Assembly: GCA_009914755.4 (NCBI GenBank)
Contig: CP086569.2
Span: forward strand, 6,208,001 to 6,272,000
DNA: 64,000 bases
Direction of reading: 5' to 3'
Source: the human T2T-CHM13v2.0 reference genome, Homo sapiens
In this document: piece by piece, positions 40,338 to 52,800 of the stretch
How positions within the stretch are numbered: the stretch's first letter is position 1
How the letters are laid out: every line of letters starts with the position of its first letter
Translations under genes and position numbers: made by a program
Notes under the pieces: model-generated
Database searches by the model: none
Told to the model about the DNA's origin: nothing
Seen by the model: the letters and a program-made list of their open reading frames with translations, nothing else

Positions 40338-40667
40338 GAGTCCTTTGCCATCTCGTAAAAACTTTAATATTAATTTTTCAAAAACCACAAAATATCTTCC
40401 TGAAATTTTGTTTCACGTTGTTGTCAATTTGGGAAAAATTCACATCTTAACAATGTTGAGTTTTCTAATCCATAAATATGAAATATCTCTTCATTTATTT
40501 ATATCTGTGATTTTTTTCATTAGAGTTTTGTCGTTTTCTGTGTACAAGTACTATACATATTTTATTAAATATACACCTAGGTGTTTTTGCATTGTTTTTA
40601 AGTTATAAAGCTAATTATATTTTTTACATATAATTCCAAGTGTTCATTTCTGTTAAAAAAATTACAT

Positions 40668-41262
40668 TTTTTTGTTTTGTTTTTCAAATTTTATTTTAGA
40701 TTCAGGTGGTACACAAAAGGTTTTGTTACCTTGGTATATTACGTCATGCTGAGAGGTTTACGGTATGAAAGATCCTATCACCCAGGCACTGAGAAGACTA
40801 CCCAACAGTTTTTCAACCATTGTCCCTTGCAGTAGTCCCCAGTGTCTATTGTTGCCATCTTAATGCTCATGAGTACCCAATGTTTAGCCTCACCTGTGTG
40901 TGAGATAATGCGGTATTTGATTTTCTGTTCTTGTGCTAATTAGCTTATGATAATGGCCTCCAGCTGCATCCATGTCCATCATTTTTACGGCTATATTGTA
41001 TTCCATGGTGTATATGTACCACATTTTCTTTATCCAATCCACTGTTAGAGGACACCTAGGTTGATCACATGTCTTTGCTATTGTGAATAATGCTGTGATA
41101 AACATACACTTGCATGTGTCTTTTTGATAGAATTATTTGTTTTCTTTTGGATATATATCCAGTAATGGGATTGCTGGGTCAAACTGTAGCAAGTTCTTTG
41201 ACAAATCTCCATACTGTTCTCCAAAGAGTCTGAACTAATATACATTCCCACAAATGATGTGT
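40668..41262 (-). mobile_element. L1 3'-end fragment (ORF2 C-terminus plus 3' UTR), sense on minus strand
   Basis: The plus strand reads antisense L1: ...ggcctccagctgcatccatgtccatcatttttacggctatattgtattccatggtgtatatgtaccacattttctttatccaatccactgttagaggacacctaggttgatcacatgtctttgctattgtgaataatgctgtgataaacatacacttgcatgtgtctttttgatag... The minus track ORF 40890-41105 MFITALFTIAKTCDQPRCPLTVDWIKKMWYIYTMEYNIAVK... is L1 ORF2 C-terminus. The T-rich 3' end lies near 40670-40700. Confidence 0.75.
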
Positions 41263-41792
41263 GTAATGGTTAATATTAGGTATCAACTTGACTAGATTGA
41301 AGAATTCCTAGATAGCTGGTAAGGTATTGCTTCTGGGTGTGTCTGTGGGGATGTTGCCAGAGGAGACTGACATATGAGTAAGTGGACTGGGAGAGGAAGA
41401 CTCACCCAAAATGTGGTGGTCACCATCCAATAGGCTGCCAGCATGACGAGAAAAGAGTGGGCAGAAGAAAGTGGAATGTAAATTGGCTTTCTGAGTCTTC
41501 TGGCTTTCATCTTTCTCCTGTGCTGTATGCTTACTTCTGTTTCTCCTTCCCTCAGACGTCAGACTCCAGATTCTTCAGCCTTTGTACTCTTGGACTTACA
41601 CCAGTGGTTTGCCCGGAACTCTTGGGCCTTCAACCCCAAACTAAAGGCTGCACTGTCAGCTTCTCTGCTTTTGAGGCTTTTGATCTTGGACTGAGCCACT
41701 ACTGGGTTCTTTCTTCTGCAGATTGCAGATGGCCTTTCTGGAACTTCACCTTGTGATCATATGAACCAATTCTCCCTAATAAACTCCCTTTC
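41263..41792 (+). mobile_element. ERVL LTR (MLT2-like), left part, split by a later L1 insertion
   Basis: taatggttaatattaggtatcaacttgactagattgaagaattcctagatagctgg...gactgggagaggaagactcacccaaaatgtggtggtcaccatccaataggctgccagcatgac...cttctgcagattgcagatggcctttctggaacttcaccttgtgatcatatgaaccaattctccctaataaactccctttc continues colinearly at 43899 with ataaactccctttcatatatacatatatcctattagttctgtccctctagagaaccctaacgaatacag. Confidence 0.6.
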
Positions 41793-43898
41793 TTTTTATT
41801 TTTATTATTATACTTTAAGTTCTAGGGTACATGTGCACAATGTGCACGTTTGTTATATATGTATACATGTGCCATGTTGGTGTGCTGCACCCATTAGCTG
41901 GTCATTTACATTAGGTATACCTCCTAATGCTTTCCCTCCCCCCTCCCCCCACCCCACAACAGGCCCCATTGTGTGATGTTCCCCTCCCTGTGTCCAAGTG
42001 TTCTCATTGTTCAATTCCCACCTATGAGAACATATGGTGTTTGGTTTTCTGCCCTTGCAATAGTTTGCTAAGAGTGATGGTTTCCAGCTTCGTCCATGTC
42101 CCTACAAAGGACATGAACTCATCGTTTTTTATGGCTGCATAGTATTCCATAGTGTATATGTGCCACATTTTCTTAATCCAGTCTATCATTGATGGGCATT
42201 TAGGTTGGTTCCAAGTCTTTGCTATTGTGAATAGTGCTGCAATAAACATACATGTGCATGTGTCTTTATAGCAGCATGATTTATAATCCTTTGGGTATAT
42301 ACCCAGTAATGGGATGGCTGGGTCAAATGGTATTTCTAGTTCTAGATCCCTGAGGAATCACCACACTGACTTCCACAATGGTTGAACTAGTTTACACTCC
42401 CACCAACAGTGTAAAAGTGTTCCTATTTCTTCACATCCTCTCCAGCACCTGTTGTTTCCTAACTTTTTAATGATTGCCATTCTAACTGGTGTGAGATGGT
42501 ATCCCATTGTGGTTTTAATTTGCATTTCTCTGATGGCCAGTGATGATGAGCATTTTTTCATGTGTCTGTTGGCATAAATGTCTTCTTTTGAGAAGTGTCT
42601 GTTCATATCCTTTGCCCACTTTGTGATGGGGTTGATTTTTTCTTGTAAATTTGTTTGTGTTCTTTGTAGATTCTGGATATTATCCCTTTGTCAGATGAGT
42701 AGATTGCAAACATTTTCTCCCATTCTGTAGGTTGCCTGACCACTCTGATGGTAGTTTCTTTTGCTGTGCAGAAGCTCTTTGGTTTAATTAGATCCCATTT
42801 GTCAATTTTGGTTTTTGTTGCCATTGCTTTTGGTGTTTTAGACATGAAGTCCTTGCCCATGCCTATGTCCTGAATGGTAATGCCTAGGTTTTCTTCTAGA
42901 ATTTTTATAGTTTTAGGTCTGATATTTAAGTCTTTAATCCATCTTGAATTAATTTTTGTATAAGGTGTAAGAAAGGGATCCAGTTTCAGCTTTCTACATA
43001 TGGCTAGTCAGTTTTCTCAGCACCATTTATTAAATAGGGAATCCTTTCCCCATTTCTTGTTTTTGTCAGGTTTGTCAAAGATCAGATGGTTGTAGATGTG
43101 TGGTATTATTTCTGAGGGTTCTGTTCTGTTCCATTGGTCTATCTCTCTGTTTTGGTACCAGTACCATGCTGTTTTGGTTACTGTAACCTTATAGTATAGT
43201 TTGAAGTCAGGTAGTGTGATGCCTCCAGCTTTGTTCTTTTGGTTTAGGATTGTCTTGGCAATGCGGGCTCTTTTTTGGTTCCATATGAACTTTAGAGTAG
43301 TTTTTTCCAATTCTGTGAAGAAAGTCCTTGGTAGCTTGATGGGGATGGCATTGAATCTATAAATTACCTTGGGCATTATGGCCATTTTCAAGATATTGGT
43401 TCTTCCTATCCATGAGCATGGAATGTTTTTCCATTTGTTTGTGTCCTCTTTTATTTCATTGAGCAGTGTTTTGTAGTTCTCCTTGAATAGGCCCTTCACA
43501 TCCCCTGTAAGTTGGATTCCTAGGTATTTTATTCTCTTTGAAGCAATTGTGAATGCGAGTTCACTCATGATTTGGCTCTCTGTTTTTCTGTTATTGTATA
43601 GGAATGCTTGTGATTTTTGCACGTTGATTTTGTACCCTCAGACAATATCATACTGAATGGGCAAAAACTGGAAGCATTCCCTTTGAAAACTGGCACAAGA
43701 CAGGGATGCCCTCTCTCACCACACCTATTCAACATAGTGTTGGAAGTTCTGGCCAGGACAATCAGGCAGGAGAAAGAAATAAAGGGTATTCAATTAGGAA
43801 AAGAGGAAGTCAAATTGTCCCTGTTTGCAGATGACATAATTGTATATTTAGAAAACCCCATCATCTCAGCCCAAAATCTCCTTAAGCTGATAAGCAAC
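41793..43898 (-). mobile_element. Young L1PA insertion (about 2.1 kb, 5'-truncated) with a twin-priming-type 5' inversion, nested in the ERVL LTR
   Basis: 41793-41806 is the T-rich complement of the A-tail. 41807-43640 is antisense L1PA from the 3' UTR (attatactttaagttctagggtacatgtgcacaatgtgcacg = reverse complement of the L1 3' end) up to gcacgttgattttgtaccctcagac (reverse complement of gtctcaggatacaaaatcaacgtgc). 43641-43898 is sense-orientation ORF2 aatatcatactgaatgggcaaaaactggaagcattccctttgaaaactggcacaagacagggatgcc...ctccttaagctgataagcaac. The two blocks abut in the L1 sequence with only about 9 bp (ttcagcaaa) missing. 14-bp direct repeats ataaactccctttc lie at 41779-41792 and 43899-43912. 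The minus track ORFs 42358-42606, 42603-42860 and 43017-43622 and the plus ORF 43617-43934 are all near-consensus L1 ORF2 pieces. Confidence 0.9.
43641..43898 (+). mobile_element. Inverted 5' block of the L1PA insertion (ORF2 RT segment, antisense to the rest of the element)
   Basis: The plus track ORF 43617-43934 contains [82 protein letters not shown], near-consensus L1 ORF2. Confidence 0.9.
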
Positions 43899-43967
43899 AT
43901 AAACTCCCTTTCATATATACATATATCCTATTAGTTCTGTCCCTCTAGAGAACCCTAACGAATACAG
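43899..43967 (+). mobile_element. ERVL LTR (MLT2-like), right part after the L1PA insertion
   Basis: ataaactccctttcatatatacatatatcctattagttctgtccctctagagaaccctaacgaatacag. The ...ctagagaaccct.a..aatacag end is the ERVL/MaLR LTR 3' terminus. Confidence 0.6.
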
Positions 43968-44013
43968 TGTGTAAGCATTCCCTTTCTCAGCAGCCTCACC
44001 AACAACTGTTTTT

Positions 44014-45750
44014 TTTTTTTTTTTTATTTTTAATAAGAGACATTCTGACTGGTGTTTAAAAGTACCTTATTGTTGTTATGATTTGTATTTCTCTGATGAT
44101 TAGTGATGTTGACCATTCATTTATATGTGTGTTGACCACTTGTATGTCTTCTTTTGAGAAGTTTCTCTTTATGTCTTTTATCCATTTTTTAATGGGGTTA
44201 TTTATTCTTTGCCTGTTCAATTGTTTAAGTTACTTATAGACTTTGGATATTAGACCTTTGTCAGATGCATAGTTTGTAAATATTTTCTCCCATTCTGTAG
44301 GTTGTCTCTTTACTCTGTTTATAGTTTCTTTTGCTGTGCGTAAGCTCTTTAATTAGGTTCTACTTGTCCATTTTTTGGTTTTGTTGCATTTGCTTTTGAG
44401 GACTTAGTCATAAATTCTTTCCCAAGACTGATATCCAGAATGGTGTTTCCTAGGTTTTGCTTTAGGATTCTTATACTTTGAGGTATTACATTTAAATCTT
44501 TCATGCATCTTGAGTTTATTTTTGTATGTGGTGAATTGTAGGAGTCCAGTTTAATTCTTTTGCATATGCCTTGTAGCTATCCCAGCCCTATTTATTGAAC
44601 AAGGAGTCCTTTCCTCATTGATTATTTTTATTGACTGCTGAAGATGAGATAAATGTAGGTGTGAAGCTTTATTTATGGGTTATATATTATCTTCCATTGT
44701 TCTAGGTGTCTGCTTTGTACCAGAACCATGGTATTTTGGTTACTGTTGACTTATAGTATAGTTTGAAGTTGGGTGATGTGATGCCTCTGGATTTGATCTT
44801 TTTCCACATGAATGCTTTGGCTATCTGGGCTGTTTTTTGTTTCTCTGTGAATCTTAGAATAGTTTTTACGAATTCTGTGAAAAAAAAATTATGTTGGTAG
44901 TTTGATAGGAACAGTGTTGAATCTGTAGTTGCTTTGGACAGTATGGGCATTTTAATGGCATTAATTCTTCCAATCCAGGAACATAGAAGTCTTTTCCATT
45001 TGTTTATGTCACCTATGATTTCTTTTAGCAGTGTTTTTTTTTATTTGTGTGTGTTTGTGTTTGTGTGTGTGTGGAAATTTTTAACCTTATTAGTTAGATG
45101 TATTCCTAGGCATCAAATTTTGTATATTAACAGTATATTTTGTGACAATGTTATCATTGCTTATATCTTCTTAGGAGTTATTGTCAATTATTTGTGATTA
45201 GTAGACTGACTTTACTTTGTAAAAAATATTGTTAATTTATCTCTTCTTTTTCTTGGCTAGACTTGCTAGAGGTTAAAAGATTGTACTATCTTTTCAAAAA
45301 CCAGATTTGGTTTTTCCTTTTTTTCTGTATTATTTTTGCTTTTAATTTTGTTGATTATTGACTTTAAGTCATTTATTATTTTACTTTCTTTAGGCTATCT
45401 TTGTCACTTTATTATTATATGAGATGAACTTTGGTTACCGATTTCAGAGATTTGTTCTTTTCTAATTTCTGCATTTAATTCTATACATTTTCCACTCTTC
45501 ACTGCCTTTGCTGCCTTCCACAAATTTTTATAAGTTGTATTTTTCTTTGATTTAGTTGACAATATATTTTTTAATTTATCTTGAGTGTTTTTCTTTGATA
45601 CATTTGTTATTTAAAAGTTTAGTGCCTAATCTTGAAATATTTTAAAAGTTTTCAGCTATCTTTCTCCTATTGATTTAAATGTTAATTCCATTGTGGTCCA
45701 AGGACATACATTATATGATTTTTTTCTTTTAAATTTATTAAGATAACATG
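44014..45750 (-). mobile_element. Older L1 (L1PB/L1MA-like) ORF2 to 3'-end fragment, sense on minus strand
   Basis: T17 at 44014-44030 (complement of the A-tail), then antisense L1: ...tgtatttctctgatgattagtgatgttgaccattcatttatatgtgtgttgaccacttgtatgtcttcttttgagaagtttctctttatgtcttttatccattttttaatggggtt...atttgtaaatattttctcccattctgtaggttgtctc...ccagaaccatggtattttggttactgttgacttatagtatagtttgaagttgggtgatgtgatgcctctgg. The minus track ORF 44702-44950 ...AQIAKAFMWKKIKSRGITSPNFKLYYKSTVTKIPWFWYK is L1 ORF2. Confidence 0.75.
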
Positions 45751-46169
45751 ATATTAGAAAAAAAAAAGCTAGAAAGGAAACCCAAAATGTCCATCCCACC
45801 CAAAAAGCAGTGAATAAGCTAGCAAAAACAATCAGAATCAACTTTTTCAGAACCACCAAATGTAATAAAAACTTACAGAAACCAGGGGAGTGGTTATTGA
45901 AGAAAATAATAACAGCTGAGTCTTGGTAAAAGAGCTTTGTGGCATTTTTATTTACTTTGGTACCATCCTCTACTACTCATTTTGGTGATGACCTTGAAGA
46001 AAATAGACTGCATTCTTGGAAGAAATTTTTAGTACTGATTTTCTAGTAGTAGAGGGAAAAGTACTATCCCATTCTCAAAGAATTATTGTTGTTTGTTTTT
46101 ATCTAGCCAACTTGGAACTTTCTCAGAGCTGGATATACTACTTGGGTTGAAATTGGTCAACAACTGTTC

Positions 46170-48407
46170 AAGGTGAGATTTGAGGCAGAGCAAGATGGCA
46201 GAATAGAAGGGTCCATTGATTGCCTCTCTTGCAAGGACACCAATTTAACAAATATATACACAAAATAAACGTTCATAAGAACCAAAAATCAAGTGAGCAC
46301 ACAGAGCACCTGTTTTTAACTTTGTATCACTGAAAGAGGCAGTGAAAAGGTAGGTAAAAAAATCTTGAATAGCGAAAACACCACCCATTCACTATCCCCT
46401 GGCAGTGGTGGCATGGTGTGGAAACATTTTAGTGCACTAGGGTGAGGGAGATCATGGCATTTGTGAGGCATTAAACTCAGTGCCGTCCTATTATAACAGA
46501 AAAAAAAAAAACCCACACCAAACTCAGCTGATGCCCACCAAGGGAGAGAGCATTTAAAACAGCCCTAACAAGAGGGGAATTACCAATACCAGAAGTGGGA
46601 ACTCGAGTTCCCACATCCCTCACCACTGCTTGCTAAAGTGCCTTGGGGAGTTAAATAAACTTGAAAAGCAGTGTAGGCCACAAGGACTGAAACACCTATG
46701 GTGAGTCCTAGTACTGAACTGGGCCCAGAGACAGTGGACTGGAGGGGCATGTTACCTACTGAGACACTAGTTGGGGAGGCTAAGGGAGTGTTAGCATCAC
46801 CCCTCCCAAAACCCTAGGCCGGGCTGGGTACGGTGGCTCACACCTGTAATCCCAGCACTTTGGGGGCCAAGGTGGGTGGATCGCCTGAGGTCAGGAGTTT
46901 GAGATCAGCCTAGCCAACATGGTGAAACCTCATCTCTACTAAAAATACAAAAATTAGCCGGGCATGGTGGTGGGAGCTTGTAATCCCAGCTACTCAGGAA
47001 GCTGAGGCAGGACAATCCCTTGAACTCAGGAGGAGGAGGTTGCAGTGAGCCAATATTGCACCATTCCATTCCAGCCTGGGCGACAAGAGCGAGACTTCAT
47101 TTCAAAAAAGAAAAAGAAAAAAAACCCTAGGCTGCAGAACTCATGGCACCAAAAGAGTCTCCTTCTCTCCACTTGAGGAGAGAAGAGGAAAGAGGCGGGA
47201 GGACTTTGTTTGTATTTTGGATACCAGCAAAGCCACAGCAGGATAGGGCATCATCAGAGTTGTGAGGCCCCCTTTCCACGTCCTAACTCACAGACAACAT
47301 TTCTAGACACACCATGGGCCAGAAGGGAACCTGCTGCCTTGAAGGGAAGGAACCAGTCCTGGCAGGATGTATCACCTGCTAACTGAAGAGCCCTTGAGCA
47401 TTGAATAACCAGCAGTGATACCCACATACTATATATAGAGGGCCGTGAGTGAGACTCTGAGACTCGCTTCTTCAGGTAAGACTCAGCACTTTCCCAGCTC
47501 CAGTAGCTATGGGAAGACACTCCACCCACTTAAGAACAGCAGATAGAAAAGTAAAGCAGACTTTGCCTTGCGACTTAAGTATCAACGTGCCCACAATGGG
47601 GAAGAGCACTAGGCAGGCTCTTGAAGTCCCAAATTTTAGGACTCGGCTCTTGGAATGCATTTTTGGAACTGTCCTAGGACACAGGGGATCCCACTGCCCT
47701 GGAGGATGAGTTCCAGGCCAGGCAACAGTCACCACAAGCTGACTTAAGAGACCTTGAGTCTTAGGGGAACATCAGTGATAGTCTGGCAATTATCCCCATA
47801 GGTCTATGGTGGTGGTGGTGGTGCTGGCCATGAGATGAAGATCTTCTGCCTTTGGAAAGGGAACAGAAAAGTGGGAAGGACTGCATCTAGTGTTTTGAGT
47901 ACCAGCTCAGCTGCAGTACAATAGAACACCAGGTAGACTTCTAAGGATCTTGCCTCTAGTCCCTGGCTCCCAGATGGCAACTCTGGACAGACCTGGGGTC
48001 TAAGGGAAGCTGCCACCCTGAAGTGAGGACACAGATCTGGCTGGATTTGCCATATGCTGTTTTTAGACCCCTGGTGCCTTGAGCAAACATAGGCAGTAGC
48101 CAGTGAGCGATTACAGCAGGCCTTGGATAAGATCCCATGCTATGCTTTCTTCAGATCTGACTCAACACAGTCTCACTGGTGGTGACTACTGAGGTGCTTG
48201 TGTCACACCACCTGCAGCTCCAGGTGTCTCAAAAGAGAGAGAGAGAGACTCTGTTTGTTTGGGAAAAAGTAAGGGAAGAGAACAGGAGTCTCAGCCTGGT
48301 AATCTAGATAATTCTTCCAGATCTTATCCAAAACTATCAAGATGGAAACTCTACGAGTCTGTAAGAACCACAGAGTTACTGCAATTAGGATGCCTCCTAA
48401 AGAAGAA
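46170..48407 (+). mobile_element. Possible old-L1 5' UTR-like region upstream of an L1 ORF2 fragment (assignment uncertain)
   Basis: Starts gtgagatttgaggcagagcaagatggcagaatagaagg (compare L1 5' UTR ggaggagccaagatggccgaataggaac). It is moderately GC-rich with internally repetitive blocks, and runs directly into L1 ORF2 at about 48408 with no ORF1. It could instead be an unrelated old repeat. Confidence 0.35.
46818..47122 (+). mobile_element. Alu SINE with an intact TSD
   Basis: Starts ggccgggctgggtacggtggctcacacctgtaatcccagcactttgggggccaaggtgggtggatcgcctgaggtcaggagtttgagatcagcc and ends gagcgagacttcatttcaaaaaagaaaaagaaaaaaa. The 11-bp direct repeat aaaaccctagg lies at 46807-46817 and 47121-47131. 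Confidence 0.93.
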
Positions 48408-48975
<568 letters not shown>

Positions 48976-49029
48976 ACTGCTACATTAAGGTGCATTGGTG
49001 AGACTGTAACAATACTAACCTGATAGTAA

Positions 49030-49825
49030 TCACTCTCCTGAATTTTAAAACAAAGTTTGGTGTTTACTGCTTTTGAACCTTATATACATGGAATCATATT
49101 TTATTTGCTCTTTTGTTTTCTAGGGTTTTTTTTTGGTTTCACAAGCATTCTTACTCATTGTTATGCTTGCCAGATTTATCTGTGCAGCTCTGTATAGCTG
49201 TAGATGATTAATTCTTGTTACCTTGTGTGTATATTCCATTGTGAATATACTATAATTTATATATCCAAACTGCTATTGATGAGTATTTGGGTGGTTTTCC
49301 ATTTGTGTTTATTATAAATAATACTACAATGAACATCATTGTATATGTTTTTTCATGAATATATATGTGCATTTTTATTGTAGGAATGGTTAGTTCTTAG
49401 GATGTACACATGTTAAGCTTTAGTAGATAATACAAAGTAGTTTAACAAAATGATTATAGCAGTTAATTCCTCCATTAGTGCTGTGTGAAAATTCCAATTG
49501 TTCCACTTACTCTTCAATGCTTCATCTTCGCTGCCTTTTTTTTTTTTTTTTTAGCCTTCTTTTTGGGATTATAATAGTATTGTATGGTAGATTTAATTTG
49601 AGTTTTCCTGATGACCAATAAAGTTAAACACCCTTTCAATATGTTTACTGGTGATGCAAATATCCTCTTTAGCTTATTTTTCTATTAAATTATCTGTTTT
49701 TTGCTTATTGATTTGTAATAGTTCTTTATATTATCCAGATATTAGTCATTTGCAATATGTGTGTTGCAAATATCTTCTCTCATTTTGTGTTTTGCTTTTT
49801 TATTTCCTTAAGGTATATTTAAGTA
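49030..49825 (-). mobile_element. L1M fragment (ORF2 C-terminal region), sense on minus strand
   Basis: The plus strand shows antisense L1M hallmarks: ...gtgaatatactataatttatatatccaaactgctattgatgagtatttgggtggttttccatttgtgtttattataaataatactacaatgaacatcattgtatatg...ttcatgaatatatatgtgcatttttattgtaggaatggttagttcttaggatgtacacatgttaagctttagtagataatacaaagtagtttaacaaaatgattatagc (compare the antisense of L1 ...IPFHSHQQCMR/YTPRSGIAGS). ...atttgcaatatgtgtgttgcaaatatcttctctcattttgtg equals the conserved gatttgcaaatattttctcccattctgt motif. Confidence 0.6.
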
Positions 49826-52800
49826 AAAAAAAAAAAAAACATTCAAATGTAGCTACATTTATTTAGTTTCAAGTAAGATACAGTATATGGTGAAAGGCCC
49901 AAATTCCTATTGGAACAATTGCATACATCAAATAAGGTACAAATGTCATATTTTAAAAGGCATTGAAGCAATGGGTATGATAAACAAAAAATTCAAGAGA
50001 GAGGGAAAATAATTATTCTGAGGTGAGCTGATAATTGACTCCCATATCTCCCATCCTCCATCCTCCCTCTGACAGGCATTTGCTATTTCCCATTGCAAGT
50101 TGTAGATCAGGCTTGGTCCAGGATTTTTTTTTTTTTATAATTTTATAGTAAGACAAACTCTTACTCACTTAAACAAGGAACTATGTCTAAGGGTTAAATA
50201 TCAGTATAAAAATATTTGCTGTTTTTATCTTTTCTCCAAATAAATGTGAAAGTGTAATATACTAATATACCTTGACTATAACAGCAAAATACTTTATTTG
50301 AGCAAGTAATAGTGTGCCATGGTAGTGTAAGTAGGCTTTTAATAAGTTACTCTATAACATGATTATGGGAATTAGGTTACATTAATACATTTACACAATA
50401 AACTACATTTTACAGTAGTTTGAATTTGAAATCTGTAAATCTGCAACCAATATCGTCAACGTGGTCTTAGGTTCATTGTGCCTTTCTTATTATATGAAAA
50501 TGTTTAATAGCACTTCAGTCTCTGAAAATTAGAGTAGACAATTGAAATTTAAGTAAATAATCCATAAAAGTACACTAAACCATAAGTTTCTACAGACACA
50601 AAATTACGGCAGAAGGTCCTATACATAAGACAGAATCTCCTACATTGGAATTGACTTTTATTTCTATTTAACAATAAAAATAAAATCATAGCTTTAAGTC
50701 TAATTAGAATTATAAACTTTTTTGCTTTCTAATTGCATTTGGAATTTACTAAGCAGTTTCTTAGTAGGGAGATTTTAAGTGAATTAAGTCATAAATTTCA
50801 AAGGTATAATGAATTTCATAAATATAAATGCAAAATGAAAATGAAGCACCATTATAGGTATTTTTAAAAATAAGAAAACTTTTTTTAATAGAATAACTTT
50901 GTCATTCTAAATAATAACTTTTAATATAACTTGATTGTGAGTCATTTGTATAAGTGCCATGTATAAACAAACACACATATTGTCATTAAAAAGCACTCTA
51001 ACAATGGTACTACTGCAAATGGTAATTTCAGGAACTGGAAAACTTGTCACGACAATCAACAATTTCAACTTCTTTGTTAATTTTGATTTAATGCCATAAA
51101 AATTAGCAGAGAGTTTATAGCCCTTTTGTTATTTTTGAATAGTTACTAGCAGTTAGCAGCAAATATCTTCTTTTTTCCCACCTGCCTCACAAATTGAATA
51201 TTTCACAGAACTGAACACTCTCATGAAGATTATACAAAAGTTTTTGGAGGATTGAAATTGTGTGGGACTCTTTTGAGAGTGATCAAGAGATGACATGAAA
51301 AAGTTGCATGTCTGTTCTTACTCACAGCAGTTACCATAAAAGATGGCATGAAAACTCTCCAGAGAAACAAAACCTTTTCATCCAGCTCAATGGCTTAAAA
51401 AATGTCAGGGAGTTTTCTATCTATTTCCATCCAAGTAATTCAACATAGCATATTTTAAGCATGAAAGACTAAAACAAATGGGTGAAAGTGATGTTTTCTT
51501 TGCATCTGTCTTAAAATTCAATGGATTTTAAGAATCATAAAACTGCTTTATTTTCAGACACCATTTATTCCTTCCCTGCCATGGGGGGATACTGCTATGG
51601 AACAGTGTGTACTGCTGGAAACTTTTTGATTGACAGTTAGAATCTGGTGACTTTTTAAACTCTTCAAAAGTTAAAGCAAAGCATGCGTTAAATTTTGCTT
51701 GCAAAAAGGTCAATCCCAGAGATATTTTTAAAAAATCCACAGACGTTCTTATTTAATAATTCATAATAAGCCTTTTTTTACCTTTTCCATGAATTACATT
51801 TTTAAATTTAATTTATATTTTAAATTAAATTTTAATTTAAATTTTAAATTGACATTGAAATTTACATTTAAAAATTTTAAGTGCATGAGCACTTGCCTTG
51901 GCCAAAGTTTTATAAATTTGTTTTTCAATAATCATAATCAGTCATTTTCTCTATCATTTCTCTTTTTGTATCACTCATTTTCCCTAAAGTTTCAAGTAAT
52001 ATTTAGTTTTCTTACATCTGTAAAGAAGAACTAAAAAGGAAAAAAAATGCTGATTTGTTGGAAATGAAGTACTTCCAAGATATCAGTTATATGCTGCTAT
52101 CTTATAAGAAAAGATATGTTTTATTTAACAAAGGTGCAATAGAAAATATTCATTCCCAGGTACTTCTGGCCAGCCATGCACATGGACAAAATGGGTTTTA
52201 CTAGCAAGAGGCAGCCATCTGTCAAAATGTAGGTGTTTGATGTTGGAAGTCAGGCTAGGGAAACAGAACACTGATAGTTTCTGCTACAATAGACTTTTGA
52301 AATTGGAATAACTGCTAAAGTGTCCGTAGATCCACCAAGTGGGAGTTATCAGGAATGTAGCCTGAAATAGTTTCCCCATTGGTAAGAAAGGAGAGGGAAA
52401 CTACTTTTCAGGGTTGTTGTGAGGATTTAATGAAATGGCATGCCAGAAGTTCCTGGAACAAGGCAGTCAATAAAATTTAGATTTCCAACCCTTTTAAGTT
52501 CTAACATTAAACATTCTTCTTTTCACTTATCAAGTAGATACTAATATTTTATTTTTGCAACTCAGTTAATGAATGCTAGTGGTACGGTTACGGTAAAGAT
52601 ATAATTCAAGAAATTTGCTGAATAATCGCAACATTTTGTAGCTAAATAAAACAGATGTGGAGAATTATTTTTCCAATGTTGACTAAATAATATAAAGAAA
52701 AATAAGTGAATTAATATATAAAAATTAAATCTAAATTAAAATTAGTGTTTTATTTTATGCTAAAACATGAATTTTACAGAATATAATAATGCATCTCAGG

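Noticed and set aside
41382-41756. 124-aa plus ORF
   Set aside because: It lies wholly inside the MLT2-like ERVL LTR (non-coding LTR sequence). The peptide is proline/serine-rich and low-complexity.
43017-43622. 201-aa ORF (minus), the longest in the window, considered as a possible gene
   Set aside because: It is a near-consensus L1 ORF2 segment (…[69 protein letters not shown]…). It lies in the direct block of the L1PA insertion and is truncated by the inversion junction. It is a TE fragment, not a host gene.
51789-51870. AT-rich cryptic tandem repeats (aatttaaattt / aattttaa units)
   Set aside because: Low-complexity AT-rich sequence with no regular unit; ordinary for AT-rich primate intergenic DNA.
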